DNA from: Gammaproteobacteria bacterium | GTDB taxonomy: Bacteria > Pseudomonadota > Gammaproteobacteria > GCA-001735895 | Assembly: GCA_030595795.1 (NCBI GenBank) | Contig: JAUVCH010000008.1 | Location: 3,282 to 67,281, forward strand | Reading direction: 5' to 3' | DNA: 64,000 nucleotides | Shown: positions 10,427 through 21,288 of the stretch, in pieces | Numbering within the stretch: position 1 is the stretch's first letter | How the letters are laid out: the number at the start of each line of letters is the position of its first letter | The notes under the pieces: generated by a model | Database searches by the model: none | Seen by the model: only the letters and a program-made list of their open reading frames with translations | What the model was told of the DNA's origin: nothing | Made by a program: the position numbers and the translations under genes

Positions 10427-11833
10427 CTAAATTTTCGTTTTTGACTTTCTAGATATCGCTAATTTTTGCAACTGATCTTCGTATGCACGAACAAACCCGT
10501 CACCAAATAAATGCTGGAATGATTTATCAACATCACCAACCAGCTCTTCGTAATAGGAAGAAAAGGATTCCCAGTTTTTTGCTTTATGACTACCGGGTAA
10601 AATTCCACCCTTATTGAGTTTAGAAAAACGCTCTTCCAGAATCACCGGATCAAAGCGTTCTATCACGCCCTTAAAAGCTTCTCGAATTCCAGCAAGAATC
10701 GCCACCTGATGTTCGGCAACACCCTCGAAACCTTCTTTCACTGCTTCAACAGGTTGCTTGTATGAATTGCCACTTTTTAAAAACATATTTTCCAGCGCAT
10801 CATCGACATTTGCGGAAAACTTAAGCGGGTTATTTTCCACCGGCTGTATTGTCGTAACATTCATCCGAAATTCATTTTTAATGGCACTTCTCGATCCAAG
10901 CACCTGCATAATTCCAGCAACCATCGCTCGCATCACCTCACCAGCCAGTTGATTGATCTGACTAATTTCGGCATCCGAGAGATTTCGGTCACCCAGTCCC
11001 AGGGCATTAATAAACGTAGTATCCACAACTGTAGTCGTACCGACATCACCTATTGACGGTGCCTGCTGTTGCACTGGAGGTTCGGCTACTGGCGGTGTGG
11101 GTGGTGGAGGTGGTGGCGCTTGTTGCGCTTGCGGTACTACAGGCAGCTCTATCGACTCTGCTCCACCGTCAAGATCCCAATCGTCGGGGATCACCGATCC
11201 TGATCCCTGTTCCGCCGATACCGCCACTGGCCAGTCTAGCTGTTGTACCAGAGGATCGACAGAACTGGTAGGCGAGGCATTGGCAAAGGGGTCTGCGGAA
11301 AGCCCTGCAACGGCACCACTTTCAGACGTGGAGTCGCCGCGCGCTTTATCGAGTGCAGCTAATGGATCGAAATCGGCACTTTCCTGGTTAAATAACGGAT
11401 TATTACTATCTGGTAATCCGCCATCAAATGGACTCGAAGCAAAGCTGTCCAGGCCATTGGTAGACGCCGGCACACCAAACGGGTCAGACGGCAGACTGGC
11501 AGCAGAAGCCTGATCTCGAAGGCTAATAGAAAATTGGTAATCACCAATAATAAATTGATCTTTATCACTCACTGGCAACCGGCTACCTTTCCCCATCGGG
11601 TCGGATGAGCCATTGTAGAAGGTTCCATTGGTACTTTGATCGGCCAGGAAATACTGGCCATTTTCAAAAATGAACTGGCAATGTAAAGACGACAGGTAAA
11701 GTTCGGGGTCTTCAAGTGGCCATGTGTTCTCAGCGCCACGCCCGATAGTACCCCCTTCGGCTGAGAACGACCTGGAAGATTCAGTCACAACGACCGACTC
11801 AGGTGCCTTAATAATAGTAACGTATAATGACAT
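10427..11833 (-). CDS. tagH: FHA-domain protein TagH/Fha (phospho-Thr target of PpkA)
   Basis: 468 aa; N-terminal FHA fold (...TIGRG...SSLHCQF...), central proline-rich tract (QQAPPPPPPTPPVAEPP), conserved C-terminal region. First gene of the operon divergent from tssABC. Confidence 0.8.
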   Translation of the reverse strand: MSLYVTIIKAPESVVVTESSRSFSAEGGTIGRGAENTWPLEDPELYLSSLHCQFIFENGQYFLADQSTNGTFYNGSSDPMGKGSRLPVSDKDQFIIGDYQFSISLRDQASAASLPSDPFGVPASTNGLDSFASSPFDGGLPDSNNPLFNQESADFDPLAALDKARGDSTSESGAVAGLSADPFANASPTSSVDPLVQQLDWPVAVSAEQGSGSVIPDDWDLDGGAESIELPVVPQAQQAPPPPPPTPPVAEPPVQQQAPSIGDVGTTTVVDTTFINALGLGDRNLSDAEISQINQLAGEVMRAMVAGIMQVLGSRSAIKNEFRMNVTTIQPVENNPLKFSANVDDALENMFLKSGNSYKQPVEAVKEGFEGVAEHQVAILAGIREAFKGVIERFDPVILEERFSKLNKGGILPGSHKAKNWESFSSYYEELVGDVDKSFQHLFGDGFVRAYEDQLQKLAISRKSKTKI

Positions 11834-12152
11834 CTATCCCATAGATCCTGAAAAGTTATTACTTCAGATTAATCGACAAACTGTTTACAGTCCTTCAAAG
11901 CGACAAACTAATCATGAATTATCCGATAAATAGTACCTGTACCGAACGATTGTTCCAAGTCTATGATAACAATTCCTGAAAATTAATGGTGGTTGCGGTG
12001 GATTCCCATCGATTCGATATATAATAACCCTGCTTAACCTGCTTTACATGTCGCCAACAATCCCTTATAAATAACAATAAGTTGAGTGGCCGTCGAATCT
12101 CAACAAATCTCAAATTTTACTAATAATAAGGATCAAGGATGGGATTATAAAA

Positions 12153-13261
12153 TGCCTTCAGAAGAATCTATACAATTAGATCAGTTGCTTGCCCCTGTTT
12201 CGGAGGAAAATCCTACGGGCGCCGATATAAGAGAAGACAGTTCCCCAGGCACCGACTATTACGGTATCAAAGACGCCAGAAATGCAGCGCGAGCTGCCGA
12301 ACGTAGCAATATGTTCGATAGCGACAATAGTGAAGCCGATACCCAATGGCGAAAAGTATTGGAGTTAGCACCTGAGATAATACAAAACCAGGCTAAAGAT
12401 CTCGAAATTGCCAGTTGGTATACCGAAGCCCTCGTTCGCCGTTATGGGTTCCGGGGGTTGCGCGATGGTTTTAAACTCATCAAAGGCTTGCTGGAACAAT
12501 ATTGGGATGATCTTTACCCACTCCCCGACGAAGATGGTATCGAAACCAGAGTAGCTTGTTTAACAGGTTTAAACGGTGAAGGTGCAGAAGGTGTGCTCAT
12601 CGCACCTATTCGTAACGTAAAACTTACCGAGGGCAGTGAACCAGGTCCCTTTAGTTACTGGAAATATCAACAGGCGCTAGAAGTAGAGAAAACAATTAAA
12701 GAAGAAGCCAAAACCGAAAAGGCTTCTAAGCTGGGTTTCAGCCTCGCTGATATAGAACGTGCGGTATCTGATTCAAGCGATACATTTTATGCTGATTTAC
12801 ACGATGACCTCCAGGCTTCGGTAGACCTGTATCGTGAAGTGGGTGCACTACTCGATGGTCACTGTGGCATTAACGATTCACCTCCGACCAGCAATATCAT
12901 TAACATACTCGAAGACTGCCTGGGTGCGGTTAAACATATTGGTAAACATAAAATTCCGGCTGCTGAAACAGAAGATCAGGACGCAGATAACGAATCGGAG
13001 GCATCAACCGGACCTGACTCAGCTGAAAACACCCAATCCACTGGTCCGATAAAGAATCGTGCAGACGCTTTCAGAAAAATTATGGAAATATCGGAGTTTT
13101 TTCGCAAAACTGAACCCCATTCACCTATCCCATACATACTCGAACGTGCGGTAAAATGGGGTGACTTGCCGCTGGAAGACCTGATTAAAGAATTAATTCC
13201 AGACTCTTCCGCGAGAGATTTATATGGATCACTAACCGGGATTAGAACTGATGATGATTAG
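12153..13261 (+). CDS. tssA: T6SS TssA (ImpA N-terminal domain protein)
   Basis: ImpA_N signature LLAPVSEENPTGADIRED...YYGIKDARNAARAAER. The ORF track begins at a GTG (12086). The ATG at 12153 has an AGGA-containing ribosome-binding site and matches typical TssA N-termini. Confidence 0.8.
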
Positions 13262-13314
13262 TAGAACGCAGTTCCAATTCATGAAAAATTAACCCGACTA
13301 AAGAGGATAAACTA

Positions 13315-13833
13315 ATGGCCGACAGTATTCACGACAAACTAAAGCGCGTCAGAAAGCCCAGAGTCCACATCACCTACGACGTCGAAACTAATGGCGCAGT
13401 TCAGGAAAAAGAATTGCCATTCGTTATGGGTGTAATGGGAGATTATTCGGGGGATAATTCGGACAATAAAAAAGCTTTAAAAGACCGTAAATTCTCGCAA
13501 ATTGATCGCGATAACTTTAACGAAGTGATGGGCAACATAGCACCACAGGTCGACATGAAAGTCGAAAATACTCTTGAAGATGATGGCAGCGAAATGTCGG
13601 TAAACCTGAACTTTAAGAACATGGAAGATTTCGAGCCTCAGAATATTGTTGAAAACGTAGACCCCTTGAAGAAACTCATGGAGACTCGTAATAAATTACG
13701 CGACCTGCTCACCAAGGCTGACCGCTCAGAAGATCTCGAAAATTTACTTGAAGAAATACTCAGCAGCACCGATTCGCTCGCCTCATTGCAGGGTGAGCTC
13801 GGTTCCGATGATGAAAAAGAAGGTGACAAATAA
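13315..13833 (+). CDS. tssB: T6SS sheath small subunit TssB (VipA)
   Basis: 172 aa; [28 protein letters not shown] is a canonical TssB N-terminus; TAATG overlap with tssC. Confidence 0.9.
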   Translation: MADSIHDKLKRVRKPRVHITYDVETNGAVQEKELPFVMGVMGDYSGDNSDNKKALKDRKFSQIDRDNFNEVMGNIAPQVDMKVENTLEDDGSEMSVNLNFKNMEDFEPQNIVENVDPLKKLMETRNKLRDLLTKADRSEDLENLLEEILSSTDSLASLQGELGSDDEKEGDK

Positions 13834-15323
13834 TGGCGAAGAAAGAACAGCAAGCTGATGCCCCGGAAGCCGAAGCCCAGGAAGAAGTCAGTTTTTTAGA
13901 ACAGGCAATTTCCGCCACCAAGCAGACTTCACGCGACGAAACAGAAGAGTTGCTTAAAACCCTGACCCGCGAGGCTATGGATGGGACTGTTAAATGGGAT
14001 AAAAATCTAACCGTCACGATTAATAACGCGATAACCGAAATTGACAAAGCCCTGTCAACACAGCTGTCCGCCATTATGCAGAATGAAAAGTTTCAAAAGC
14101 TTGAAGGTTCCTGGCGCGGCTTAAACCATTTGATTATGAACAGTGAAACCAGTAGTGGTTTAAAGATCCGAATGCTAAATATCAATAAAAAAGAGTTGTC
14201 ACGCGACCTCGAAAAAGCGGTTGAATTCGATCAAAGCCAGATATTTAAGAAAATTTACGAAAGTGAGTTTGGCACTGCTGGTGGTGAACCTTATTCTGCT
14301 TTGATAGGCGACTACGAGTTTTCAGGTCATTCAGATGATCTCGATTTACTCAGTGGTATGTCCAACGTTGCAGCCGCTGGTTTCTGCCCCTTTATTTCTG
14401 CCGCAGATCCCAAGATGTTCGGATTCGATAGTTTTACCGAATTGTCGAAACCACGGGATCTGGAAAAAATATTCGATTCTGCGGAATACATTAAATGGCG
14501 TAGTTTTCGAGACAGCGAAGACGCTAGATTTGTCACCCTGGCGATGCCCCGTGTACTGGCGAGACTGCCCTACGGTAAAGACACTAAGCAAGTCGAAGCA
14601 TTTAATTTCGAAGAAGCCAGCCTCGATAACGAAGGACGCCAACAGGAAAGTGGCCACAGCGAATATTGCTGGATGAACGCCGCCTATGCTTTGGGTACGA
14701 CGCTAACCAAGTCTTATGCTGAATATGGCTGGTGTACCAGCATACGTGGTGCGGAAGGTGGCGGTAAAGTCGAAGGTTTACCCAGTCATACATTTGTCAG
14801 CGACGATGGTGATGTGGATCAAAAATGTCCGACCGAAATCGGAATTACTGATCGCCGTGAGGCCGAACTTAGCAAACTTGGGTTCCTACCGCTTTGCCAT
14901 TATAAAAACACTGACTATGCAGTCTTTTTTGGTGCGCAAACTGCGCAGAAACCAAAGAAATTTGATGACCCTGCAGCTACCGCAAATTCAGAAATCTCAG
15001 CCCGCTTGCCCTATATTATGGCGACTTCTCGAATCGCACACTTTCTTAAAGTAATGGCAAGAGATAAAATCGGCTCTTTCATGGAAGCCAGCGAAGCCGA
15101 AGAGTGGTTGAACCGTTGGATATCTGGCTATGTCAATGCCAGTCCAGGTGCCAGCGCCGAAATGAAGGCACGTTTCCCCCTGGCTGAAGCCAGCATCGAG
15201 GTAAAAGAAGTACCCGGTCAACCCGGTGTCTTCAGCGCTATCGCCTACATGCGTCCCTGGCTACAAATGGAAGAGCTTAGTGCTTCTATGCGTATGGTAG
15301 CGACTATACCAAAAGCGGGTTAA
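13833..15323 (+). CDS. tssC: T6SS sheath large subunit TssC (VipB)
   Basis: 496 aa; length and conserved blocks typical of TssC/ImpC. Confidence 0.9.
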   Translation: MAKKEQQADAPEAEAQEEVSFLEQAISATKQTSRDETEELLKTLTREAMDGTVKWDKNLTVTINNAITEIDKALSTQLSAIMQNEKFQKLEGSWRGLNHLIMNSETSSGLKIRMLNINKKELSRDLEKAVEFDQSQIFKKIYESEFGTAGGEPYSALIGDYEFSGHSDDLDLLSGMSNVAAAGFCPFISAADPKMFGFDSFTELSKPRDLEKIFDSAEYIKWRSFRDSEDARFVTLAMPRVLARLPYGKDTKQVEAFNFEEASLDNEGRQQESGHSEYCWMNAAYALGTTLTKSYAEYGWCTSIRGAEGGGKVEGLPSHTFVSDDGDVDQKCPTEIGITDRREAELSKLGFLPLCHYKNTDYAVFFGAQTAQKPKKFDDPAATANSEISARLPYIMATSRIAHFLKVMARDKIGSFMEASEAEEWLNRWISGYVNASPGASAEMKARFPLAEASIEVKEVPGQPGVFSAIAYMRPWLQMEELSASMRMVATIPKAG

Positions 15324-15352
15324 TCTAACCTAATATCTCCAAATATTCACAT

Positions 15353-15388
15353 CAGTGTTACAGCACACTGATGTGAATAGATATAATA
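15353..15388 (+). terminator. Perfect 15-bp inverted repeat (tattcacatcagtgt / acactgatgtgaata, loop tacagc) 30 nt after the tssC stop
   Basis: Read directly from sequence. A-rich flank follows; a TATAAT-like hexamer at 15391-15396 precedes the next gene. Confidence 0.45.
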
Positions 15389-15423
15389 TGCTTCGTCCAT
15401 AGTAATCAGCCCAGGAACAGAGT

Positions 15424-16032
15424 ATGACCGAAGCTCAAGCTGCTTTTGAGAAAGCCGTAACATCAATCGACGATGCAAACCGCCAGGATCCAAACATCGT
15501 CACAGCAGAAGATAAAGAGTGGCCAAAGGAACTGCTTTATTCAACTCGAATGACGAACATGCTCGAACGCTATCGGCCTGATGCCGATGACGCAATGAAG
15601 CTGGCGATACGCGCACAGCATATTGAGCGCTGGAAATCACCTCGTAATGCTTACCCCATGGATCGGATTGGTTACCTTCAGTGGCGCAAGGATTTGTATA
15701 AAATTCAAGCTAATACCGCAGCGGGATTACTCACTCAAGCTGGCTATGGCGAGGAAGAGGTCGGCCGAGTTAGAAATGCAGTGGCAAAGAAGAGTATTAA
15801 GGGCAACCCCGATACTCAGTTGCTAGAAGACGTCACCGATCTAGTCTTCATAGAGCATTACCTGATAGATTTCGTTAATAAACACCCAGACTACAGCGAA
15901 GATAAGTGGATCGATATCATCCAGAAAACCTGGAATAAAATGTCGGATTCAGCACATGAATTCGCACTCGCAGGAAGCATTAAATTACCAGAATCGCTAG
16001 CCCCCCTGATTGTAAAAGCAGTATCGCCTTAA
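15424..16032 (+). CDS. Conserved hypothetical protein (DUF4202-like); not Hcp
   Basis: 202 aa, ATG start. Motifs LERYRPDADDAMKLAIRAQHIERW and YLQWRKDL recalled from a DUF family. No resemblance to Hcp. Confidence 0.45.
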   Translation: MTEAQAAFEKAVTSIDDANRQDPNIVTAEDKEWPKELLYSTRMTNMLERYRPDADDAMKLAIRAQHIERWKSPRNAYPMDRIGYLQWRKDLYKIQANTAAGLLTQAGYGEEEVGRVRNAVAKKSIKGNPDTQLLEDVTDLVFIEHYLIDFVNKHPDYSEDKWIDIIQKTWNKMSDSAHEFALAGSIKLPESLAPLIVKAVSP

Positions 16033-16040
16033 ACTATTCC

Positions 16041-17000
16041 ATGTTAATGCTAGATGCTGAGACAATACTCAACAAACTCCCCTTTACGACACTGGTAAAC
16101 GAACTTGCCGAAGAGCATTTGGAACCCACAGGATTAATGGAAGACCTGTTCCTGGAATCAGAAGACACCGAAGGTAATACTAATCATTTCCTAATCCGCA
16201 CCGGATGGCAGCCCGAAAAGGCGGTCGGTGCAAAAGTAATTACTATCTTCCCGCGTAACAATAGTGAAAAAACCTGGCCCTCAATTCAGGCTGTTTATAT
16301 ACTTTTTGAAGGCGTCAACGGTACACCGATAGCCTGCCTCGATGGCACGGCTTTAACCTATATCAAAACTGCCACCGACTCAGCGCTGGGCGCAAAATTT
16401 CTCGCGCGGCCCAATATAAAAAGCATGTTGATGATAGGTGCCGGAGAGATGGCTTTTCATTTGATAACTGCTCATTGCCAGGTACAGCCTTCGATTAAAC
16501 AGGTTTTCATCTGGAATCGAACCCCTGAAAAAGCACAAGAGCTTTGCCAGGGGGGGCTACAGCAACGCTTTCCAAAAATAGATTTCTCCTTTGTCGATTC
16601 AATTGGAGACTATGCCCCAGAGGTCGATTTGATTAGCTCAGCCACTGCCTCAACCCAGCCACTTATTCCAGGTAAATATCTCCGCCCAGGAACCCATGTT
16701 GACCTTGTCGGTGCTTTTACTGCGGATATGCGCGAGGCAGACGACGAGTGCATACGACGTGCCAGGCTGTTTGTCGATGCGCGAGAAACGACAATTAACC
16801 AGATAGGTGAATTCATGATACCTATAGCCAATGGGGTTATTGAGGAATCCGATGTGCTCGCCGACCTGTCCGAGCTCAGCCAACACAAACATCCTGGTCG
16901 ACAAAGCGATGACGAAATCACGCTTTACAAAAACGGTGGTGGCGGTCATCTTGATCTGATGATTGCACAAATACTTCATAAGCATTGCCAGCCCCATTAA
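16041..17000 (+). CDS. eutC: Ornithine cyclodeaminase/mu-crystallin family protein (EutC-like, hydroxyectoine utilization)
   Basis: 319 aa; Rossmann MLMIGAGEMAFH; OCD-family length; context with eutB/doeA/doeB. Confidence 0.65.
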   Translation: MLMLDAETILNKLPFTTLVNELAEEHLEPTGLMEDLFLESEDTEGNTNHFLIRTGWQPEKAVGAKVITIFPRNNSEKTWPSIQAVYILFEGVNGTPIACLDGTALTYIKTATDSALGAKFLARPNIKSMLMIGAGEMAFHLITAHCQVQPSIKQVFIWNRTPEKAQELCQGGLQQRFPKIDFSFVDSIGDYAPEVDLISSATASTQPLIPGKYLRPGTHVDLVGAFTADMREADDECIRRARLFVDARETTINQIGEFMIPIANGVIEESDVLADLSELSQHKHPGRQSDDEITLYKNGGGGHLDLMIAQILHKHCQPH

Positions 17001-17021
17001 ACCAAACCGGTTCAAATATTA

Positions 17022-18004
17022 TGAGTAGTAACGACATACAATTGACCTCGATCCAGGCGGCGCATGACCGCATTCGGGATAAGATATACCCGCTTCGGAT
17101 TACCGAGTCACCGAGCCTCAGTAAACAGTTTGATCAAGAAATATTACTCGCGCACGAATACCTGCAAACCACCGGCGCATTTAAATTACGCGGCGCTTTG
17201 AATGCCGTGTTGCAACTGAGCGAGGCAGACAAAAAGGTCGGCGTTACCGCAGTGTCTACCGGAAACCACGGTAAAGCTCTGTCCTACGCGGCAAAACTGG
17301 TGGGTGTTCCCTGCATTATCTGCATGTCAGAACTTGTTCCCGACAACAAGATCGCAGGTATACGCTCGCTAGGTGCCGAAGCGCGTATTATCGGTCGCTC
17401 GCAAGATGAAGCCGAAATCGAAGCCAATCGGCTAGTCTCGAAAGAAGGCTATGTGATGATCCCACCGTTCGAACATCCGCATGTCATCGAAGGTCAGGGT
17501 ACGATAGGCCTCGAAATGCTTGAACAAATACCCGATCTGGAAACCGTGCTGGTGCAGCTTTCCGGCGGTGGTTTAATATCTGGTATCTCGAAAGCCATTA
17601 AAGCGCAAAAGCCCGATGTCAAAATCATCGGTATCTCGATGGAACGAGGCTGTGCGATGATCAAATCACAACAGCAGGGTAAACCGGTCGAGGTCGAAGA
17701 ATTACCAACCCTGGCCGATTCACTCGGTGGTGGGATAGGTCTCGACAATCGCTGGACATTTGATATTGTTCGCGAACTCGTCGACGATTTGGTAATTCTC
17801 GAAGAAGAAGAAATCGCAGCGGGTATACGCCATGCCTATTTTAATGAACAGGTGATTATCGAAGGTGGTGGCGCGGTCGGCATAGCAGCCTTATTGGCAG
17901 GCAAAGCTAAAGCAAAGGGTAAGACGATTGTTTTGCTCAGCGGTAAGAATATTGATATGCAGTTGCATCAGAAAATCATCAACAAGCAAAGTTACGAATT
18001 ATAA
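17022..18004 (+). CDS. eutB: PLP-dependent threonine/serine dehydratase-like protein (EutB-like)
   Basis: Lysine-PLP motif AFKLRGALN and STGNHGKALSYAA. Start taken at the ATG at 17022 (MSSNDIQ...) rather than the overlapping upstream start. Confidence 0.7.
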
Positions 18005-18007
18005 AAG

Positions 18008-19003
18008 ATGCCTGAAATAAAAATCATCACCGAGGCCGAGCTACGGAATCAGATTAGCCTGGATCACCAGGCTATCGACTGTATAGAGCAGGCCTTCCTC
18101 GCGCTCGCTACCAAACCTGTGGTCATGCCTCCGATTATGCGTCTGGATATTATGGACAATAATGGCGAAATTGATGTGAAGACCGCCTATATTCCTGGTC
18201 TCGACAGCCTGGCCATTAAAATCAGCCCCGGGTTCTTTGATAACCCTAAGCTTGGACTACCCAGCGTGAACGGCCTTATGGTTTTATTTAGTACCCGAAC
18301 AGGTCTGGTCGAAGCCCTGCTACTCGATAATGGCTTTCTCACAGATGTCCGTACTGCCGCAGCAGGCGCTGTCGCAGCAAAGCATTTATCCAGAAACGAT
18401 TCCCAGCACGCCGCCATCATCGGTGCCGGTGTTCAGGGCGCTTTGCAACTCGTAGCCTTAACCCTGGTTCGCGATATTAAATCAGCCACTATCTGGGCAA
18501 GAGACTTTGACAAAGCAAAAAAAGCGGCTAATCAAATAGGAAATAAGCTCGATCTTGATATCTTTCCTTGTCGAACCGTTTTTGAAGCAACTGAGAATGC
18601 CGACATTATCGTCACCACCACGCCCTCAACGAAGCCACTGCTTACCCTTGCTGACATCCATCCTGGTCAACATATTACCGCGATGGGCTCCGACTCCGAA
18701 CACAAAAACGAGCTAGAGCCAGCCATCATTGCTGATGAGCGGGTTAGTTATTTCTGCGACCGCCTTAGCCAGACGCGAACCCTTGGTGAACTTCATCATG
18801 CAATTGAAAAAGACCTGGCGTCAATCTCTATCGAGTTCCCGGAGATCGGCCAGATAATCGCGGGCCAAAAAACAGGACGCATATCAGAAGAAGAAATTAC
18901 CGTTTGTGACTTAACCGGTACTGGCATTCAGGATACTGCTATTGCTACCCTCGCCTATCAACTTTGCCTGGAAAATAAAGCGGGCACTAACTTCGAGAAT
19001 TAA
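18008..19003 (+). CDS. Second ornithine cyclodeaminase/mu-crystallin family paralog
   Basis: 331 aa; OCD-family architecture (IIGAGVQGALQ Rossmann motif). Confidence 0.65.
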   Translation: MPEIKIITEAELRNQISLDHQAIDCIEQAFLALATKPVVMPPIMRLDIMDNNGEIDVKTAYIPGLDSLAIKISPGFFDNPKLGLPSVNGLMVLFSTRTGLVEALLLDNGFLTDVRTAAAGAVAAKHLSRNDSQHAAIIGAGVQGALQLVALTLVRDIKSATIWARDFDKAKKAANQIGNKLDLDIFPCRTVFEATENADIIVTTTPSTKPLLTLADIHPGQHITAMGSDSEHKNELEPAIIADERVSYFCDRLSQTRTLGELHHAIEKDLASISIEFPEIGQIIAGQKTGRISEEEITVCDLTGTGIQDTAIATLAYQLCLENKAGTNFEN

Positions 19004-19005
19004 TA

Positions 19006-20186
19006 TGCCTAAGGACGCTCGGCTCAATTTCAGCCTCGACGAATACGCCGATCGGCTGGCTAAAACCCGCGCCGCCATGGCAGAAAAAAATATCGACTGC
19101 CTGATCGTTGTTGATCCATCCAATATGGCCTGGTTAACCGGCTATGACGGCTGGTCCTTTTACACCCATCAGTGTGTCATCGTTCAACACGACGCCGAAC
19201 CCATCTGGTGGGGTCGCGGTATCGATGCACCGGGTGCGGTGCGTACGACTTATCTCGACGAAGACAATATCATCAAATACCTCGATCACTTCGTTCAGTC
19301 GGACGTTTGTCACCCGATGGATGATTTGTCCGAAGTACTCACAGGGATGAAACTGAGCAATACTTCTATCGGCGTCGAAATGGAAAATTATTATTTCTCC
19401 GCTGCCGCGTTTCGCTCTTTGCATACGAATTTACCCAACGCCAATCTTGTCGATGCTACCGCGCTAGTGAACTGGCAGCGTCTGATCAAAACCGAGCAGG
19501 AGCTCAGCTATATGCGAAGTGCGGCTCGCATTGTAGAAAACATGCATAGCCACATTTACGACATCATCGAGCCAGGCCTGGCCAAGCACGAGCTCGCAGC
19601 CGAAATTTTCCACTCTGGTATCAAAGGCATAGACGAACACTGGGGCGACTACCCATCGATATTGCCTCTGTTACCTACTGGTATGGATGCCACCGCTGCC
19701 CACCTGACCTGGGATAATTCGAAATTAAAGTCAGGCGATATTACATTTTTCGAAATCGCCGGTTGTCACAAGCGGTACCACTGCCCGCTGTCGCGCACTA
19801 TTTCGCTGGGTAAACCACCGCAGAAATATCTCGATGCGGAAAAAGCCGTACTCGACGCCATGCACGCAGGGCTCGAAAATGCCAAACCGGGAAAGCTATG
19901 TGAAGATGTCGCTATCGCCTTTTTCGACACGCTGGAAAAACACGGCTTTAAGAAAGAGAATCGCACCGGCTACTCGATAGGTTTGTCCTACCCGCCAGAC
20001 TGGGGCGAACGCACCATCAGCCTGCGCCGTGGCGATAAGACCGTAATACAGAAAAATATGACCTTCCACTTTATGCCCGCCCTATGGCTGGACGATGGTG
20101 GACTGGAGATTACCGAGTCAATCGTCGTTACCGATAACGACTATGAGAGTCTGGCTTCGGTGCCACAGAAACTACTGGTGAAATAA
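19006..20186 (+). CDS. doeA: Ectoine hydrolase DoeA/EutD (M24 creatinase/prolidase family)
   Basis: About 393 aa from the ATG at 19006 (MPKDARLNF...). Creatinase_N plus M24 fold motifs. Followed by doeB. Confidence 0.7.
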
Positions 20187-20203
20187 GCACAAGGTTTAAA
20201 AAA

Positions 20204-21202
20204 ATGGCAAATCCAATTTCCGCAACCATCGACTTCGACCGGGATGGCGTACAGCACGGCTTTTTGCAAGTGCCCTACTCGCGCAACGATTCGGCCTGGG
20301 GATCGATTATGATCCCGATCACTGTCGTCAAAAATGGCGATGGCCCCTGCGCGCTGTTTACCGGCGCCAATCATGGCGAGGAATACGAGGGCCCGATAGC
20401 ACTAAATGACCTTGCGAATCGATTACAGGCTGATGAAATCAAAGGTCGGGTAATCATTGTCCCTGCAATGAATTATCCAGCTTATTTATCCGCTACCCGG
20501 GTATCGCCGATTGATCAACTCAATATGAACCGAATTTTTCCAGGCCAGTCCAATGGCACAGTGACGCAACAGATAGCCGATTATTTTTCAACAGTTTTAC
20601 TACCCATGGCCGACTATGTGCTCGACATTCATTCGGGTGGTAAAACCCTGGAATTCCTGCCTTTTGCCGCTTATCACGAGCTAGATGACAAGGAACTGCT
20701 GGCTAAATGCGAAGCCGCTACGCGTGCCTTCGCCGCACCTTACCATCTCAGCCTGATCGAGATCGACGCCGCTAGCATGTACGACACTCAGGCAGAAAGT
20801 ATGGGAAAGGTATTCATATCCACCGAGCTGGGTGGTGGCGGTACTGCCTCACCTCGAACTGTTGCCGTGGCTAAACGCGGCGTCCATAACCTGCTGGTAC
20901 ATGCTGGTATATCGCAACAAGCCCCCATCGAATCTGACGAAGCCAACATCAGGCTCGACATGCAGCAGGACAATGCCTATGTATTTTCCGAGCACAATGG
21001 CTTACTGGAACCTTGTGTCGGTCTCGGCGACCCGGTTAAAACCGGAGACCTGCTGGCGCGGGTTTATTCAACCGAACGCAGCGGCGAGGCACCGGTCGAA
21101 TATCGAGCCAAAAGCAATGGCATTATCATGGGACGACATTTCCCATCGCTAGTCAAGATCGGCGACTTTATGAATGTTATTGCCCGTAAAGTTGCAGATT
21201 AA
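20204..21202 (+). CDS. doeB: N-alpha-acetyl-L-2,4-diaminobutyrate deacetylase DoeB/EutE (succinylglutamate desuccinylase/aspartoacylase family)
   Basis: 332 aa; AstE/AspA-family motifs (GANHGEEYEG, HSGG); gene order doeA-doeB. Confidence 0.7.
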   Translation: MANPISATIDFDRDGVQHGFLQVPYSRNDSAWGSIMIPITVVKNGDGPCALFTGANHGEEYEGPIALNDLANRLQADEIKGRVIIVPAMNYPAYLSATRVSPIDQLNMNRIFPGQSNGTVTQQIADYFSTVLLPMADYVLDIHSGGKTLEFLPFAAYHELDDKELLAKCEAATRAFAAPYHLSLIEIDAASMYDTQAESMGKVFISTELGGGGTASPRTVAVAKRGVHNLLVHAGISQQAPIESDEANIRLDMQQDNAYVFSEHNGLLEPCVGLGDPVKTGDLLARVYSTERSGEAPVEYRAKSNGIIMGRHFPSLVKIGDFMNVIARKVAD

Positions 21203-21288
21203 ATTTTTCAATCGGTCAGCATGCGATATACTGCCGCGCTGAATTATCTTAACCACTAATTTAAACTATTTTTAAGGACACAAACCCT

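Noticed and set aside
11053-11513. Plus-strand Gly/Ala-rich ORFs (72 aa and 138 aa)
   Set aside because: They are antisense to the proline-rich tract of tagH (the complement of CCN codons gives GGN/GCN). They are compositional artefacts.
11834-12152. Sigma-54 (GG-N10-GC) promoter in the divergent T6SS intergenic region
   Set aside because: No convincing TGGCAC-N5-TTGC element was seen by eye, so no promoter feature is claimed.
15424-16032. Possibility that the gene after tssC is hcp
   Set aside because: The 202-aa product has no Hcp-like beta-barrel pattern and matches a different conserved DUF. A strong hairpin separates it from tssC.
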